NCBI GenBank assembly: GCA_965235115.1
Contig: OZ249436.1
Location: 32,738,001-32,802,000, forward strand
Origin: Laetmonice hystrix
Taxonomy: Eukaryota
Direction of reading: 5' to 3'
Length of the DNA stretch: 64,000 bases
A program made the position numbers and the translations under genes. Shown here piece by piece: positions 61,401 to 64,000 of the stretch. The notes beneath the pieces are model-generated. The model saw only the letters and a list, made by a program, of their open reading frames with translations. It was not told where the DNA came from and made no database searches. The first letter of the stretch is position 1; the number at the start of each line of letters is the position of its first letter.

Positions 61401-64000
61401 AGCCCATGAAGTTTTATTATTACTATGTAGTCGTCAAATTAAGTACTGGGCCGACCAAGAGGAACGGTGCGGTGTTTTGTCGTATGTTAAAGGAACTATT
61501 GAAGAAACCATCAATTGGAGTAGAGAGGGCTAAAGAGATTTGAATAAGTAAAAAGTAAAAGGGGCCTATTTTCTCTCACGTCTCCAGCTAAATGTAACCA
61601 CCACATCCTTGTACCGGATAGCATATACAATACACACATGGTAACAGATTATGATTAAATTATTACCATTGCCGATATATAGTGAGTGCTCCCCCTTTCA
61701 ATTTATAATGTTTCATTCGACGCTTCAGTGATATCTAGAGAAGGTATGCAAGCTGAAGCCATGACGACTTGCCGGCTTGGCTGGATGACAAAATTAATGT
61801 CGCCCTATCGATATGTTAGGATCGAGGGGCGAGGCGGGAGGGGGCGGGGACCACAGGGTTATTTTGATTAAGACAAACCGACGACACCTGCTGCCAGAAA
61901 TAAGGCTGGGGTCGGTGAGAAGCGTTCGCACCAGTCTCATTACGCAGGCATCACTGTTGAGGACTATCACTATACCACTCACTCAGGCCAAGATTTTCAA
62001 GGGGGTGGGGGCTAGGAGGGGGGGGGGGGGGTTGTGGAGTGGACAATTCTAACACTTTGGCCCATAATATCAAAGCCCTCTCCCGACCGGCTTTGTAGTT
62101 AGTATACTTGTGGAATCTTCTACACCCCCTGGGGGCTTGTTAGCCCCCCGTAGCTGTTTTTAGTATAAACCGGCAAATTAACATGTGACTAAATCAAAAC
62201 TATAGCAAAATGGCAGGAATGTATGCCTAACGCTGACAACATGAAATTCAGAAGATGTAAACATATACATCAAATTGGCGCACTCCAGTTTTTCTCCCAT
62301 GATGGAGGGACATCTTGTGCAGCGACCCTGCCTGCTTCCTGTCAGATAGAAGAGCATCTCATCCGTGGTTCGACAGAGTTGACAAGGCATAGAGGTCTAC
62401 GAAACTTCTTCTTATGACCCCGTCACATCGGGGCTACGGGCGCATCCGGCATGATCCATGGTCCGATCCGGCGTGATCCGGGATGTTTCGTAGCTACCCG
62501 TGGTCCGTAGCGGCCTTTCGATCCGTGGAAAAGTTTTGGACATGTTTAAATAAAAAATCGATTTCGACCACGGATACAAACCCCGTAGCGGACCCGTAGC
62601 AACCCGTATAGATGACCCGTAGAAACCTGTAGACGATATGTATAGCAACCCTTAGTGGGCACTTAGCGCTTGCCTAGTAAGCCGTGATCACGTGATCGCT
62701 GACGGATTCACTACGGGTTGCTAGGTATAGGAACGGATCACACCAAGTGTTGGTACGTAGACCTATCTACTACGACTTGAGGGCGTACTACGGGTGGTAG
62801 CCTACGTACTGTGGCGGGTTGGTATGGCTTAATTGCTATGGGTTGCTACGAATCAAGCTGGCCAACGCGTGGGTCACGTGGTGACGCTTGCCTATTGGCG
62901 AGCATCCCAACCTGTTCAATCCGTAATAACACGTCGGAGATACGGAGATACGGATCATTCCAAACCGTCATGTGATCCGGGAAAGTGTGACGGGGACTTT
63001 ACAAACTCATCCTGTTGGCTTGTCACCTCATGTTCGACTATCAAGGTCACTGGCAGACATTGTCGAATCCTGACACGAGTTTGACCGCTGGACCGACACA
63101 TTGACTGACATAGTTAATTTCCGTATCCCTCTATAATGTTTATCCTTGTCTTATTAGCATGCATTGTTTGTCGAAAACCTGAGGTTCATTGAGGTTAGCG
63201 AGGTTAATGCTGTTCGAGAAATTCACATCTGTCTGATGCATGTGTCCCGCTTATGGTGCATGAGAGAGATAATGCATCATGTGTTATTGGATATTTTCGC
63301 TTCGCTGGGACACTCGGGAGCCAGGAAATATTTAGACTTCCCTTGCATACGAAGATGTAATACGTAAGGGAGCCTTGATGCTTGATGCCTATAGGATAAA
63401 AACAGATAGGATAGAAATCATGTCGTAGGTGCGAGGGTGGGTATAACGTACCACGAGTGGCACCTTCACAGCTCCTCGCCTCCGGCAGGATCTTCTCCAG
63501 AATAGTTTAGTTTTTGTACCAGTAGAGCCCGCGAGAACAGACTGGCTTTCGTTTGCCCCCATTATACCTCATGTGTATTGTTTATTATGCTGATAAACAA
63601 TTTCTTATAAAAAAATAATAAGCTGTCCTTGTGGCCATTATTTGATTCATGGCTGCGAATACGCTGTGATACCATGTAGTCACTGAGAGACCATACAGAT
63701 CCGACAGAACCAGGCAATCAGACGTTCCTGAGCGTTCATATCGCCAGGCAGTTTTTACGTCTGTGCCACACGACTCGTGTGACGTGTGAACTCTATGCTG
63801 ATCTCTGTCGCACTCAGCAGGAACGTGGTATAACAATCTCAGACATAGACAACTGCACGCCAATATGGAAAACGGCAACCTTTTTTTCCTTAGGAAGACA
63901 AATTGACAGATTGTACATTTTGAGTGACGTGATTGGGACAGGGATTATTATTATAAGTGAAGCGACGGGGTTTCTTCACGAGATAAACTATCAGTTCATG
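52466..64000. repeat. Tandem array of a ~3.05-kb unit, at least 3.8 near-identical copies, continuing past the window end
   Basis: Units start at GCTAAATGTAACC at 52466, 55495, 58540 and 61587 (lengths 3029, 3045, 3047; fourth truncated). The ORF track repeats with the same periods. Confidence 0.98.
53274..53857. mobile_element. 584-bp MITE with TTA TSD (PIF/Harbinger-like) inside the 3-kb unit; also at 56319-56902, 59366-59949, 62415-62998
   Basis: TTA|TGACCCCGTCACA ... TGTGACGGGGACT|TTA; interior rich in CCGTAG on the left and CTACGG on the right. Confidence 0.75.

Noticed and set aside
52466..64000. 3-kb array as a 5S/snRNA/histone gene cluster or Helitron concatemer
   Set aside because: No 5S, U1, U2, U6 or histone signature recognised, no TC...hairpin-CTRR ends at the unit junction, and the small ORFs recur only because the DNA is duplicated.

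Overview
Eukaryotic (metazoan invertebrate, probably lophotrochozoan/mollusc-like judging from the SINE and MITE types) genomic DNA that is almost entirely non-coding. The only recognisable host-gene sequence is a 67-nt + strand exon (2541-2607) encoding a PTB-domain strand like that of TBC1D1/TBC1D4, so the rest of the window is probably one very large intron, possibly holding alternative first exons. That intron is packed with repeats. These are five minisatellites (29, 28, 50, 38 and 65 bp units), an RT-deleted CR1/L2-type LINE, Tc1 and probable MULE remnants, tRNA-derived SINEs, many MITEs (TTAA/Kolobok-like, TTA or CWG/Harbinger-like, a Ginger-like long-TIR element, G/C-rich 5-bp-TSD elements), and a near-identical ~3.05-kb tandem array running off the right end. 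The most striking object is a young 2.84-kb LTR element (25215-28056). It has apparently identical 735-bp LTRs with non-canonical TA...TA termini, a 4-bp TSD, a tRNA-Ala-like PBS and a PPT, no pol, and one intact 375-aa ORF carrying six regularly spaced TQT-like (LC8/dynein light chain-type) motifs. All calls are made by eye; no database searches were run.
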